Origin: Octopus bimaculoides
Taxonomy: Eukaryota
Assembly (NCBI RefSeq): GCF_001194135.2
Contig: NC_068991.1
Span: 26,488,607-26,552,606 of the forward strand
Reading direction: 5' to 3'
Length of the DNA: 64,000 bases
How positions within the stretch are numbered: position 1 is the stretch's first letter; every line of letters begins with the position of its first letter. The translations under genes were made by a program, and so were the position numbers. Below are positions 50,550 through 63,490 of the stretch, in pieces. Below the pieces are notes generated by a model. It made no database searches. It was not told where the DNA came from and saw only the letters and a program-made list of their open reading frames with translations.

Positions 50550-51879
50550 CACTGGTCAACATATATTTTCTGTCACTAAGTTTGTCAATGGTTTTCAGCT
50601 AATTTGGGGGCACTGAATCGAAAGCTGTCACCCGATTTTGTCTACAAAAGATTTCTTTAGATATAAAATCTTTTAGTCTTGCTAGAAAAATCTACTTAAT
50701 GCTCATTGAGGAAGAACTGAAAAAAATTAATAGACGTTATGCCTTACTTTTTTAATCTAATAATTCAAAAGGTTGTGGGAGTAAATACACATTAGCATGT
50801 AAGAATTCTGCTTAGTGATAACAAAATATAAATGCAAAATCTTTACTCATTGTGGTCATTCATTCTGATCATCTTATTACTGCAAGAATTTCCTGTGTTT
50901 TGATGATCTCTTGTGCACAGCTGCTGGAATATCTCCATCAAGCACCAGCAGTAATCTACCACCATGTTTAAGTCCCGTCTTCTAATACTTTTACATCTTG
51001 AAAGTCTTCACCTTGTTCTCCGCAAACATCACTCAACTTCTCTGGAAACCCACCCACGTGACTGTGTAAGTAGTGTAATTTAACGTTCATTCTACATACA
51101 AGTGCTTAAAAACTCAAGAGCGGCTCCTCTGCAATCTCTGGATAGTTGTCAGCTTCCCTGTTCCTAAGTATGTTCCACACCACATCAGATAAGGCATTCC
51201 AAGCACTAGCCTCCTGTATTCATTGTTGTAACAAAATGTGGATCCCCGATGTGTTATTTTTACTTGAGGTTCGTCAAATATTCCTGCCTTCTTCTCCTTG
51301 TCACTGAGATCTGGAAAGGTTGTACATATATATTTGAAGCAGTCAATACAGTGCTCGAGACATTTGATGAATTGCTTCATTACACCAAGTTTCAACATGT
51401 TCTGCAAATTTTGTGGGGAGCCCAGGTATTGTCCTCGTCTCCAAGTGTTACTTTAAAGTAAGCAAAGTACACCTTGACAAAGCTATTAATGCTGCACCTT
51501 TAAGCACGTGGAATGAAGTTTCCAAAAACGTAACAGAACATATCAGGGACTTTACAGTACGTCCTTCGTTTTGATGTTGCATCCATAACTAGATCACAGA
51601 GGTTCAATTCTCACCTGAAAAGAAGAGGAAGGGCTTAAAGCAAAATTCAACCTGAACATATTCAAAATTAGTATGACAATCCAATCAAAATTCCCGTAAA
51701 CAGTGGTGTAAAGTTAAATTTTGGTATGCTCTAGGTAAATAAAAATATATACCGATGCAACAAAAATGTAATATGATAGAACAAATCTGAGGTCACTTTT
51801 GGAATCAGCACCCAAAAATTAATCTAAAAGAGCATTAAAATTTTGTTAGAAAATAAAAGTTTTATTTTGTTGACCAGTG
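50550..51879 (-). mobile_element. Chapaev3-like (CMC superfamily) DNA transposon, internally deleted, both TIRs and 3-bp TSD present
   Basis: TIR CACTGGTCAACA at 50550 and inverted ending 51879, with TAA immediately outside both ends. Minus strand gives N-terminal YCKVPDMFCYVFG...LGDEDNTWAPHKIC joined to KLGVMKQFIKCL...CFKYIC..FPDLS..EKKAGIFD and LHYLHSHV..FPEKL....GEQGE. Confidence 0.85.
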
Positions 51880-53157
51880 TAATATTACGAGTGCAATTGT
51901 TTAATTTTTATCCATATAATTTCACCAAAATAGTCACTAGTAATGAACTAGAATGTATTCAACTGATGCCCGCTGATATCTGGTGATTGACCAATTTACT
52001 AAATTTTTATTCGTTTCAAATTCTCTAGCCGCAAACAAAAAGTGATAATTTTCTGGTAAACTAAAAACTCAACAGTAAATTCCAACTTCCTCGTAGGGTT
52101 CGATATCCAAACACCAACATTCTAATAACCAAACATAGCAAATTAAGTTGTCCTTTTAATCAATTGCCTAGGAAACATTTATTCTCTATCACAACTTGAA
52201 TCAAACCCCTGCAGTCTTCGTAATTTCTAGGTCTTGCCGTTTCCATAAAGTTACATCATGTCCAGTTACATATATCATAGCAGAAACAGTATCTCACATG
52301 TTAGATCATTTTCAGCTATAGAGGTCTTCTTACATCAACAACTGCTGAACCTAAGACTTGACAACTGTTGCACCAAAAAAAGCAGTTCAACCTTTTCGAA
52401 CAATTTCACTCACAGATTACAACTTACATCACGTTGCCCTTTAAAGCATAGTGGGTGATCCAGACTTCAGTTCACATTCAGTGATACTTCTCTATTGGTG
52501 CAACCATGCACAAATCATGCCTGACTACATTTTCTCTCTAGATATCAACCCGAAAAAATCACAGCAAAGCACACATCCAGAAATTATGCTTTTGATTTTT
52601 CCAAAAATTTAAACCTGTCAAACAAATCATAATAGGCATACCGGAGAAAACCTTTAACTAGAATTGAGCTGTAAATGCTTTATTTTTACTGTTTTGGACA
52701 CATGATCATAGCAGAAACACACTGGTCAAATAAATCTCATTGAATTCATTCAATAAATACATTTCGACAAATAATATGCTCACTTGATCTATGAAAGATT
52801 CGAACACTGTATATGAAAAGACAATTACAAATGTAAATTACAGAAAAACTGATAACGGTCATTCTTATGCCAATAACTAATTATTCTTCGATGAGAAACA
52901 ATGTATATAATAAGTGAACAATATTTATATGCAATTTCAATTGGGACAAATATGATAGAGAAGTGACAAAATCATAAATTCGGTCTGTTTTATCTGTGAT
53001 ATAAATTTCGATTAAACAATACTAGTCAAATTGGAAAGCGGGAGCTGAAAATCAAAGCTTTCATTAATGAATCAATTATAAGAAATGAACGTTTGAAGTG
53101 ATTATACATTATACTAGAAAATTGCCCCTTGAGTGTTGTGCTTGTGTGTGAGTGTGT

Positions 53158-53224
<67 letters not shown>

Positions 53225-53457
53225 TGTGTGTGTGCGCGAGAGAGAGAGAGAGAGTGTGTAAATATATGTGTTTGAGTGTGTGTGCATATGCATCAGTGTG
53301 TAGAACACTAATACACCAATGCATATAAAATATTAAGGTTAGGAGAATATATATTTACAATAACTATAGTAATTTAAACATACGTTGCAAAGATATAGGC
53401 CAAGCCATTTCTGCGTTTCCTGTAGAATAATATGCAGATATATTCGTAGATGTACAA

Positions 53458-53585
53458 TGCACATATACTTACTTACACACATTAGTAATATATAATAATC
53501 TTCATGCACATATACTTACACACATTAGTAATATATAATCTACATGCACATATACTTACTTACACACATTAGTAATATATAATAC
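53458..53585. repeat. Minisatellite, 3 copies of about 40-47 bp
   Basis: tgcacatatacttacttacacacattagtaatatataat repeated three times. Confidence 0.9.
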
Positions 53586-53619
53586 TCTTTTTCCTCAAGC
53601 CGCCACAGCGGATATGCGT

Positions 53620-53790
53620 TCTATCACGCAGCTCCAGGAGAGTGTTTCCAATCCCCATACTTAGCGAATCAGTTTCATGTATCCCCTTTAGATAATATCA
53701 AAAGAGTTGTGATATCTTCGTCCTTTACTGTATGTGGAAGATGCCAAATTATAGCTTCCAATATAGCCTTGCATTTGCCACAGAACAGGT
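53620..53790 (+). mobile_element. Decayed CR1/L2-like RT remnant
   Basis: LQESVSNP (compare PQGSVLGP) and LLYVEDAKL (compare LLYADD.KL) at plausible spacing. Confidence 0.3.
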
Positions 53791-54453
53791 AAACCTACCT
53801 ATACCCCACCCTGCATTGTGTCATTACACCTAACTCTACAATAATAATGATGCATGGAATATACATTTAAATTTCCTGTTTGACCTTGTTAGTGTCATCA
53901 TATGGATTAACTCATTACATAAAACCTGGTGTTATCTAGTGTAATTATGAAACCAAACTTAAAAGTTTGTTTTCATAGTCTACGTGTTCGTTGTTTGTGA
54001 ATAATCTCTCCGATAAATAATTAGAAAAAGAATGGACACATGATATATGAGAGTGTATCATTCACTTTAGGTGTCAAAGAACTAAATGTTTATACATCAG
54101 TTTTGTAATTTTAGGAGTTTTTTTGCATTTAAATTTGTGTTCTATATTACTTTCTTCCATTTCAGTTAAATGCCCCTTTGTCCCGCTTGCAATGAGTATA
54201 TAAATATACTTCTTATAGATACTGTTTGCCATTATTGATTACATTTCACAAAACAACACGAACGGAAAAAAATTCATCAGGAAATTTATTTTGGTCTACG
54301 TTTATAGTTTAAAGTGTTATAAAGTCGGGAATAGTCTTTTGGGAATCGTGTTGCATAAAATATTTACTGACTGAAGAATGATGTTTATGCAACTAACTTC
54401 CTATAAGAAATTTCTTTTTGTCCAAAATACTTTTTGAAACAAGATGGTTATTA

Positions 54454-54655
54454 TTACCTTCACCTTCGCTAAGGCGGAGGTATTGTTTTTAGTCTTGTTT
54501 CTTTGATTGTTTGTTTGTCCGTGGACAAGATATCTCAAGAACTGCTGAATGGATTCGGATGAAACTTTTAGCGATGTTTGGCGTTGTGACTAGCACGAAC
54601 TGATTAGATTTGGGGATCGATCGGGTACCGGACAAATATTCTAGATTATTGTTTG
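54454..54655 (+). mobile_element. Helentron-associated non-autonomous element (HINE/DINE-like)
   Basis: ttacc...ttcgctaaggcggaggtattgtttt...(tgtt)n tccgtg...caagatatctcaagaactgctgaatggattcggatgaaactt...gattagatttggggatcgatc follows the typical HINE 5' layout. Confidence 0.75.
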
Positions 54656-54842
54656 ATGAATTGTCACCGGTGCTGGCATTCGAAGATTTAATGAAGTACT
54701 TGGCGTAAATGAGGGTAAGTGACGAAATTTAAGAGCAGAATAATTAGTGACCTTATGTAAATTTAAAGAAAAAAGAGAAGAAAAAGGGAAAACCAACAGA
54801 TACAAGACAGAATATTGAACTGCTAGTAAAACGTTATATAAA

Positions 54843-57305
54843 ATCAGTAAAATGAAATTGCCTGCTTATGAGGGGCAGGTAAGTCATTCCATCCTCATTT
54901 TTCATTGCATTCATAATTTCATACGATATGTGTTTTTATGTATCCCATTGTATTGTTTTGTGTGTACTTGTATTGTCCCCCCTCTATAAGAGCCATGCAC
55001 TCAATAAAAGAAATAAGGACTTTGGTGTTGTAATCGAGTCATTTGATTCCCTGTTGCATTTGGTGTCTGTTCGTTTCATGTAAGTCTTGTTCTTGTTTAA
55101 ATTGTTGAAGGCCTAATCGTATTACTGAGTTGTTAAATTTATTGTTTGTGAATTTTTAATTTCTTCCCCATTTATGGGTGAAGCTGTGAATAATAACAAT
55201 ATGGAAAGTCAACGAGTTCCAGCAGGCAGTTACGCTGCAGTAATTGGGAATAGTCTAACGACAGATATCCTGCAAGTAAGAAAAATTCCACTGAACAACA
55301 CAAATTTTAAGAAGTATAATAATTTTTACGAATGGAGGGAGACAGCCTGAGGCTGATGCCGCCCAAGGAAATTATGGAATAAGAAACATAAAATAGGACA
55401 GTAATAAACAGAACTCTGCCTATTGCTACAAAAAGAGTTGAAATAGGTAATCGCAGAGGTAATCGAAGAACGCTTGAAGGAAATTAGAAGCCTAATTATG
55501 TATTACACCAGAGGAAAGAAATATGGCACAGTGGAAGTACGCTTCATGAGTGAACAAGAAGCAATAAAACACTCAACTGCGCCTTTGAGATCAACTGAGT
55601 GGGTATTGCTACCAACCTACTGTGGTAAACGTGCAGTTAGAATGAGGATTAGTAGAGTGCCCTGAGTAATAGACGAGGCGTAGCAGGTGTTAGCCATCCT
55701 CTATAATACAAAAGAGGACGCTAAAATAATTAAAATCACAAGAACTACGGTGGTAAACTGAAGGATATACGGTCTTGAGCTGACGGTCTACATTAGTTAT
55801 CAGACATCCACACATTTTCAGAGGAATTATTGTTACCGGACGAGACGAACCTAATAGTTGTAGTAGAGGGAAGACCTCCCATATGTTTTCAGTGCTGAGT
55901 ACGGGGACACATGAAAGCTAAGTGTCCCCAGAAACACGAAGAGGACGTGACGGAGATGGAACAGCAAGAAGAGGTAGACCTGCAAGGCATAGAAGAGCAG
56001 AGACCGGTGGAAAATATGGAAGACAGATACACAGTGGTGAAGTGGAAGAAAAGACAAGAACACGCGGATTCACCACCAAAGAGTCCCATGAAGAAAAGAA
56101 AAGGAAGTGTAGAAGAGAGACAATATATACCAACTGGAGGAAAAGCGAACGAGCAGAAAAGAAACGAGATGTCGGCAAAATTAAGCGAGAAAGACGAAGA
56201 GAGAAAACAGAGAGCGATACCAGCAACTAGCACGGAGGAGAAAGTAAAATAACAGAAAAAAAGGAAGATAGAAGATAAATGACAAAAACATCGAATGAGA
56301 GACAAGCAGAAAGGAAAGAGATGGCAATACCAGCAACAGCGGAAGAGATTAGTGATGGAAATCAGAGAGTAACACTGAAAGGAAAACAATTGAGAACTAT
56401 GATACAGTACAGAAAAAATGTAGAAATTGATGAAAGATATATTATTTGCATTATTTACATTCGACGGGTGTTTGTCCTCATCTTTGTTTTTAATACAACG
56501 TCTCGGCTCGTATACCCTCCAGCCTTCTTCGGGTGTCTTGGGGAAATTTGGAACCTGGGTTCTCATTCCTAAGATATTTTTCGATGTTGCTGTTGTTATT
56601 ATTATTATTATTATTATAACAAGAATAACAACATCGAAAAATACCTTAGGAATGAGAACCCAGGTTCGAAATTTCCCCAAGACTTCCGAAGAAGGTTGGA
56701 GGTTATATTAGCCGAAACGTTGTGTTAACAACAAACAAGATGAGGACAAATATCCGTGGAATGTAAATAATGTAAATAATGCACATAATTCCCCCTCTCT
56801 TAAATATAGAATTGTAAAAAAAGATCACGGAAATGAAAAATGTAATTAGGATGAAGTTAGCGCCTAAACCGTGAAACGAAGGATTTAAAGTAATCTTACT
56901 TGTAAAAGAGAAATGTGAAAAGCTGAAGGAACTATTAGGGGAAATGATAGGGATATCACCGTTACAGTTTCGATCCAAGAGTTGCCACTGGTATGGCTTT
57001 TGAGGACATAGTGGAATATCTAATATAAAGGAAAGTACGTGAGATATTTAAAATTCTTAAATAAGAAGTGTTTTTCAAAAATGATGGTAAAAAAGGAATT
57101 ATGAACTGTGTGATACATAAACAGTAAAATGGAACTGCCTGCTTGTGTAGGGCAGGCAAGTCATTTCATCTCATTTATAAGTTATTCATAATTTCATCCG
57201 CTATAGGATTTGTGTACCCCGCTGTATTGTTTTGTCTGTCTTTGTATTGTCCCATCTTTATAAGAGACCCTGTGCGTAATAAAATAAATCAGGACGTTGG
57301 TGTTG
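54843..57305 (+). mobile_element. Tx1/L1-like element: decayed gag-like ORF1 with CCHC knuckle between two diverged about 190-bp direct repeats
   Basis: ATG at 55201; YGTVEVRF...LLPTYCGKRAVRMRISRVP and VVVEGRPPICFQC*VRGHMKAKCP (C-X2-C-X4-H-X4-C, 55884-55925), then an E/K-rich tail. Repeats 54843-55032 and 57121-57305 both contain gcctgctt...gggcagg, tgtattgtccc, TATAAGA, AATAAA and ggac(t/g)ttggtgttg. Confidence 0.7.
56448..56783. repeat. About 150-bp-arm palindrome with (TAT)n centre and degenerate hammerhead cores, inserted in the Tx1-like element
   Basis: 56448-56600 is the reverse complement of 56618-56783. Arms read CCGAAGA-AGG(C/T)TGGAGG...AGCC-GA(A/G)AC-GTTGT. Confidence 0.85.
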
Positions 57306-57429
57306 CCTTGATGGAGGTTTGTGTTCTCTGAGTGCTCTTGTTGTGATATATATTTTGACATAGAACAAAGAAATAATAACAAGTTATTATATAAGATTAC
57401 TTACTATGCAATATTCAGCATTTAGACTG

Positions 57430-57680
57430 CCTCTCAGCACATCCCTCTCTCTTTCTCTCTCCCTCTTTCTCTCTCTCTTTCCCTCTCTCTTTCTCTCTCT
57501 CACTCACTCTCTCTCTCTTTCTCTCTCTTTCTTTCTCTCTCTTTCTTTCTCTCTCTTTCTTTCCCTCTCTCCATTTCTCACTGCATTTCTCTATCTTTTT
57601 TACCCTCTCTCTATTTATCTCTCCCTTTCTTTCCCTCTCTCCATTTCTCTCTCTCTTTCTTGTTCGCTCTCTCTCCCTTT
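57430..57680. repeat. CT-rich low-complexity tract
   Basis: Directly visible. Confidence 0.9.
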
Positions 57681-57699
57681 ATTTGATTAAAATCTGCTT

Positions 57700-58100
57700 C
57701 AAATTCAATTCTCGTTCAGTAGCTGGAGTTTACCAACACATCATACATTGTCTCTTCTTCACAACACTCCAACGTTCTTATTTCTCCTGAGTTTACACTG
57801 AGCACAACTAATTTTAAAACTGCAATATACTATTCCAATGAAACGACATTAGTAACTTCTCTTCCTCTTCCAACTACACATTTCTCACTCTAATATCGAA
57901 AATATCTTAGTGTTAAAAAGCATTACGAATTCTCCCTTCATTGTGTAAAAGCAAATACCAAAAGTTTGTGTGTGTACTCTTAAATAAGATATATACTCGA
58001 CATCATCACTATTTATAAAAACTAAACAGCTTGCCGTGAACACCATGTTCACTTCCTCGGAAGACACGAAGAAGATGTTCTACAGAAGAGATTAATTTCC
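57700..58100 (-). mobile_element. Very decayed R4/Dong-like RT remnant
   Basis: FINSDDVEYISYL...QTFGICFYTMKGEFV loosely matches LYMDDLKLY...FG..KC....RG. Confidence 0.3.
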
Positions 58101-59109
58101 AATCATTCATCCTAATTACCCAGTTACATTTGAAAGTCTTATGATATATAGTCCATCAGGAAGAAAGTAAGTGATTCGCTAAACACAGCTCCTTCTCTAG
58201 ATATATGACATAAATCATTATTATCTTGGGTACCATACATTTCGAGAATCTGCATTAATTTCAATTAGTGGAAATTGTTCAAAACCTTGCTAAATCCAAC
58301 AACCAACTCATCCCATCCATTCGAAGATTTCTCTTGGCGCTGTATGATGTAATGTGTATAACATCATTATATATATACACACTTACTATCTCTATTACAT
58401 TATTTTTATTTTATCTTACCCTATTATTGTAACTTATTTGCCCGCATGTTAGTTTCCTAAAATTTGGATTCTCTGAAGAACCCTTAAGACGCAACCATTG
58501 TCCAATCTCTCTCCAGTGTTTGTTCATCACTGTATATCAATGATGTGATGTGGATAATTTGGTAGATTTGGCAGCCTCATGGTAGGAACGGCTGTAAGAG
58601 TTTAGTATTTGTACACTCGTCTATTATTCACAGTAAACATTTGGTTATAAATATGTAGTAAGCATTTGGTTATAAATTCGTAGGTACACATCCAGTAGTA
58701 TATTAGATATTTAATATCCATTAGATGGTTACTTAACCTCTAACTCATACAGACATATATATATATATATATATATATCAATTTAAATACACAACCAAAA
58801 GAGCTACTAATAGTTTCATGCTAATATGATACTTGACCAGGCATATTTAAAAAATATGCCATCTATCTGAAAGCATTATTTTAGGCTCTGTTTATGCGTT
58901 ACATATATTTTAAAAACAAGGATGCTGGACAAGAAAAATAAGAAAAGTGAGCATGTTTACTGCAAAAAGTGGAACGGGAAAGAGAAACGAAATCAAGAAA
59001 ACAACGATCCGCGTCCTTCCTGATTGCAGAAAGCTCATTGAATACAACTGGTTTAGAAAAAAAGTAACAGATAATCTGTCAAAATGTTCCGAGCAGCAAC
59101 ACAATCCAG

Positions 59110-59530
59110 AGCGGTTGGTGCCCTCCTATTCCATAAAAAAACACCTGTCCATGTGTGCGCACCAGTTAAAACTTTCAGCCCTGGAATTAAACAGTGTGTT
59201 AGAATTGTTGGATCGAGGATGTACGTCAAATCTTTCTGTTACGCATAAGTTGCATTTCTTAGATCCATTAACATATAGCTTGGATTTCTCCATTATTCTC
59301 CACCTAATCGCATGTGGTTTGGAGCTGATCTTCAAATTCCATACATGACCAGACAACTTATTTACATTTCTTTTATCTAGGTACGGGAAAGAAGACAGGT
59401 GGTTTGCATAACGTCTCTTGAATTCGCCCTCACACAACTTGATGATGTAATCTTCTTTGCAATTGATTTGTTTTCGAGCGTAGCTGTAACTTCAAACTCG
59501 TATATGGCGAAGTTTATCACACATGCTAGG
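59110..59530 (-). mobile_element. Penelope-like element GIY-YIG endonuclease remnant
   Basis: DYI..LCEGEFKRRYANHLSSF...NKLSGHVWNLK....IRWRIMEKSKLYVNGSKKCNLCVTE...LFNSRAE, characteristic of PLE endonucleases. Confidence 0.85.
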
Positions 59531-59544
59531 CTGCAGCTAAACTG

Positions 59545-59724
59545 GGGAACGCCATGTAGAGTCTTAGCAGAATAAATCGACCCTCGGACTTATTATTTTT
59601 TGAAGCATGGTAGTTATTCTATCGGTTGTCTTTGCCGAACCACTAAGTTACGGGTACGAAAACACACTAATACTTGTTGTCAATCTGCGGTGGGGGAAAG
59701 TACCTACGTAAAAGCACAGAGAGC

Positions 59725-59756
<32 letters not shown>

Positions 59757-59770
59757 TGTATGTATGTATG
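59545..59770 (-). mobile_element. SINE family B tail + (TATG)n
   Basis: aaatcgaccctcggacttatt...ttattctatcggttgtctttgccgaaccactaagttacggg matches the reverse-complemented tail. Confidence 0.75.
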
Positions 59771-60679
59771 TATATATATATGTTTATATGTATGTATATA
59801 TATATGTTTATATGTTTTCTCANNNNNNNNNNNNNNNNNNNNNNNNNNNNNNNNNNNNNNNNNNNNNNNNNNNNNNNNNNNNNNNNNNNNNNNNNNNNNN
59901 NNNNNNNNNNNNNNNNNNNNNNNNNNNNNNNNNNNNNNNNNNNNNNNNNNNNNNNNNNNNNNNNNNNNNNNNNNNNNNNNNNNNNNNNNNNNNNNNNNNN
60001 NNNNNNNNNNNNNNNNNNNNNNNNNNNNNNNNNNNNNNNNNNNNNNNNNNNNNNNNNNNNNNNNNNNNNNNNNNNNNNNNNNNNNNNNNNNNNNNNNNNN
60101 NNNNNNNNNNNNNNNNNNNNNNNNNNNNNNNNNNNNNNNNNNNNNNNNNNNNNNNNNNNNNNNNNNNNNNNNNNNNNNNNNNNNNNNNNNNNNNNNNNNN
60201 NNNNNNNNNNNNNNNNNNNNNNNNNNNNNNNNNNNNNNNNNNNNNNNNNNNNNNNNNNNNNNNNNNNNNNNNNNNNNNNNNNNNNNNNNNNNNNNNNNNN
60301 NNNNNNNNNNNNNNNNNNNNNNNNNNNNNNNNNNNNNNNNNNNNNNNNNNNNNNNNNNNNNNNNNNNNNNNNNNNNNNNNNNNNNNNNNNNNNNNNNNNN
60401 NNNNNNNNNNNNNNNNNNNNNNNNNNNNNNNNNNNNNNNNNNNNNNNNNNNNNNNNNNNNNNNNNNNNNNNNNNNNNNNNNNNNNNNNNNNNNNNNNNNN
60501 NNNNNNNNNNNNNNNNNNNNNNNNNNNNNNNNNNNNNNNNNNNNNNNNNNNNNNNNNNNNNNNNNNNNNNNNNNNNNNNNNNNNNNNNNNNNNNNNNNNN
60601 NNNNNNNNNNNNNNNNNNNNNNNNNNNNNNNNNNNNNNNNNNNNNNNNNNTATATATATATATATATACGGTGCGCTAA

Positions 60680-60900
60680 AAATAGGGTGGCTATGAGGGG
60701 ATGAGATGTTGTGCTTAAGATGAATGTGCAAAGTTCATCATAAGAACGAAGAATTTTGTAGAAAGGGTGGTATTACATTGGGGTAGTAAGTTGCTAGTGC
60801 GACTACTTTAAGACTAAAATCGTAATTAAGGCTAAGCGTAGTTAAGGGATTACACTGATTTAACGAAATGGGAAAATGATGAGTAGAACCTATGTCTAAA
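60680..60900 (+). mobile_element. CR1-like LINE 3' remnant
   Basis: MRG...RTKNFVERVVLHW (compare RGH...RKNFFS.RVV..WN). Confidence 0.45.
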
Positions 60901-60971
60901 GGAAAGTATATCTAAGAATCTATTAAATAGAGACACAGTGAGAAGGTAACATACATACACACACACACACG

Positions 60972-61022
<51 letters not shown>

Positions 61023-62076
61023 AAGAGGGAGATGGGGAGAAAAAGAGGGTGTGAGAAAATTTTCCAATAATATCCCTTATAGCACTTCAATTTATCGCAA
61101 TATTTTTCTGGGTATCGAGAGGTTCTATTGACATGAAGACTTGCCATATGAAAATTGCTTTACCGCTTTCTCCCCACATTCATAAACGATTTGCAGAATA
61201 GTTCCATATTTAGCCTAGACCTCTCTATTTCGTAGTGCTCTATAAAACTACTAAAGATTCTTTTAAATACAAACGTCTCCCCTATAGTTCCCATTAAAGT
61301 ACAGTTTTCTAAAACATACTTTATATTTGCTCCTTCGACACAATTTTATTAAACCATCGCGACACTATCATGTGTGCCATTAACATGAGACATCTCTTCC
61401 ATAGTTTAGGACATTCGACAAACTCTTAACTGACTTGTGGTCATTCTACGTTTTCACAGTAGGAAGCGCCGTTATCTTTCAGTAACTGAATCTGATGTCT
61501 AAGCAGCTTATCTATGTTAACACTTGCGATCTCTGAAATCAACTTCCAAAAACTGTAGGCTTGTATTATCAATCATCTCGGTATCATTATTATCATAATC
61601 ATAAAATTATTCATTAATAAATATAAGATATTTCCATTTTATTGATGGATTAAAACATGTACAGATATGAAAGATACATCCTACCAGGAAAGATATATTT
61701 CTAATTAACTTAATATTGTTGCGTATTCTATCTATAGTATTTTATCTACTGTCAATGGTGGGAAGTTATGTATATCTGGTGAACTAATAAATCACATTCT
61801 TTCAAGAACTGCAATATGTCTGTACATACATACATACATACATACATACATACATACATACGTACGTACGTACGTTCATACATACATAAACATATATGTA
61901 TATATTTACATATATGCATGTATATGAATATATATATTTTTTTATAATTATATATCTCCATACGCACATGTATGTGTGCGTGCGTGTGTTCATGCATTTA
62001 GGTATATATACTCAGATTCATACAAAAATATACATATAGATACACACACAGAGACACAGACGCACGCATATGTGTG

Positions 62077-62117
<41 letters not shown>

Positions 62118-62862
62118 NNNNNNNNNNNNNNNNNNNNNNNNNNNNNNNNNNNNNNNNNNNNNNNNNNNNNNNNNNNNNNNNNNNNNNNNNNNNNNNNNNN
62201 NNNNNNNNNNNNNNNNNNNNNNNNNNNNNNNNNNNNNNNNNNNNNNNNNNNNNNNNNNNNNNNNNNNNNNNNNNNNNNNNNNNNNNNNNNNNNNNNNNNN
62301 NNNNNNNNNNNNNNNNNNNNNNNNNNNNNNNNNNNNNNNNNNNNNNNNNNNNNNNNNNNNNNNNNNNNNNNNNNNNNNNNNNNNNNNNNNNNNNNNNNNN
62401 NNNNNNNNNNNNNNNNNNNNNNATATATATATATTTATATATATATGAGTAATATGAGTGTGTTCTTGTCTATGTGTCTCTGTAAAACGTAAATACACAC
62501 ACACGCACGTACACATAAGAATCATACATAGATATATATACCAATACATACGTATGTATGTAGCTGTTCTAAAAGTCTAAGATTTCCCCTCCTACATTCT
62601 GACTGAAATCTCTACGAATGAAATATCAAATTGCCAGTTTATGTTATTAGTTTTAAGTCTACGCATCAAAGTATTTGGAAACTACTCTTGGGTTTTACCT
62701 CAAGACTCAGTTACTCAGTTACGACTTAAGTTTCTGTTATCTTTGATATTGTTATAAATACCATAGAATCTCATTTTCCATTGTTTAGATTATCTCGAAG
62801 CATCTGACTCTGAACCCAGTCAAATTATGTTAGCTCAACGCACAAGTGAGTTATATTAATGT

Positions 62863-63138
62863 TTGCTTTTTGCTCGTAAATATTGTTTGGTATTACGCAA
62901 ATGCTTAGTGCAATTCGTTGGGGACCGAGGTGCACGGCTGTCTTTCACATCGGGTTTCATATCGAATTTGACCAATATCGATATAATATATAATTTTAGT
63001 AATTCTTCATCCATTAAATGTGTCGAAGCGAGACACAATTATGTGTTCAGCAATAAGTTATGTAATATACTCAACTTTAAGCTTTATCTCTCTCGTTACG
63101 CTAATTATTTAACTATTTACCTAAACGAGGTTAAATAA
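62863..63138 (+). pseudogene. GPS-cleavage-site/post-GPS-like segment of a polycystin-1-like protein
   Basis: KCLVQ...GARLSFTSGFISNLTNIDIIYNFSNSSSIK aligns by eye with invertebrate PKD1-like C.HLT.F.SGF....N.IDF.YVF.N.S..KN. The C-X-C-X-H part is degraded. Confidence 0.5.
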
Positions 63139-63339
63139 CAGCAACAAGCCAAAATATCAGATAAACAAATTTAGCTACCTAATTTAGGAGAAAGACTGTT
63201 AAGAGATATGTTCTACAGTCAGTAACACGCACACCTATCAATCGATAGAAGTACAGAATCCGTACTATAAGTAATAGTGTTTCTCTTATTCTGTTTCAAA
63301 TTGATAATTACGATGCATAATATCCGTAGATGTAAACGA

Positions 63340-63490
63340 CTTGTGCTGTTTTCTTACAGCTTCTCTACCTTCCCAGTTCAAATCCAGCCGAGTTGAACTT
63401 TATATTTGATCACTTTACAACTAACACATGGGTAAATATAATCGACTTAGCTTTCCCTCAAAATTGCTGGATTTGTGTTACAATTTGAAT
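63340..63490 (+). mobile_element. SINE family A, degenerate
   Basis: cccagttcaaatccagccgagttgaacttt...aatcgactta...aaattgctggatttgtg. Confidence 0.55.

Noticed and set aside
52719-52730. Extra CACTGGTCAAA resembling the Chapaev TIR
   Set aside because: An isolated 11-mer with no partner or internal homology.
53458-53585. Short repeat array resembling CRISPR spacing
   Set aside because: Units are adjacent with no unique spacers, in a eukaryotic context with no cas genes; it is an ordinary minisatellite.
55851-56711. Overlapping ORFs on both strands near 56 kb
   Set aside because: Explained by the purine-rich ORF1 tail and the palindrome, which produces mirrored translations.
61100-61560. 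Possible minus-strand RTE C-terminal remnant
   Set aside because: Motif similarity was too weak to support a feature call.
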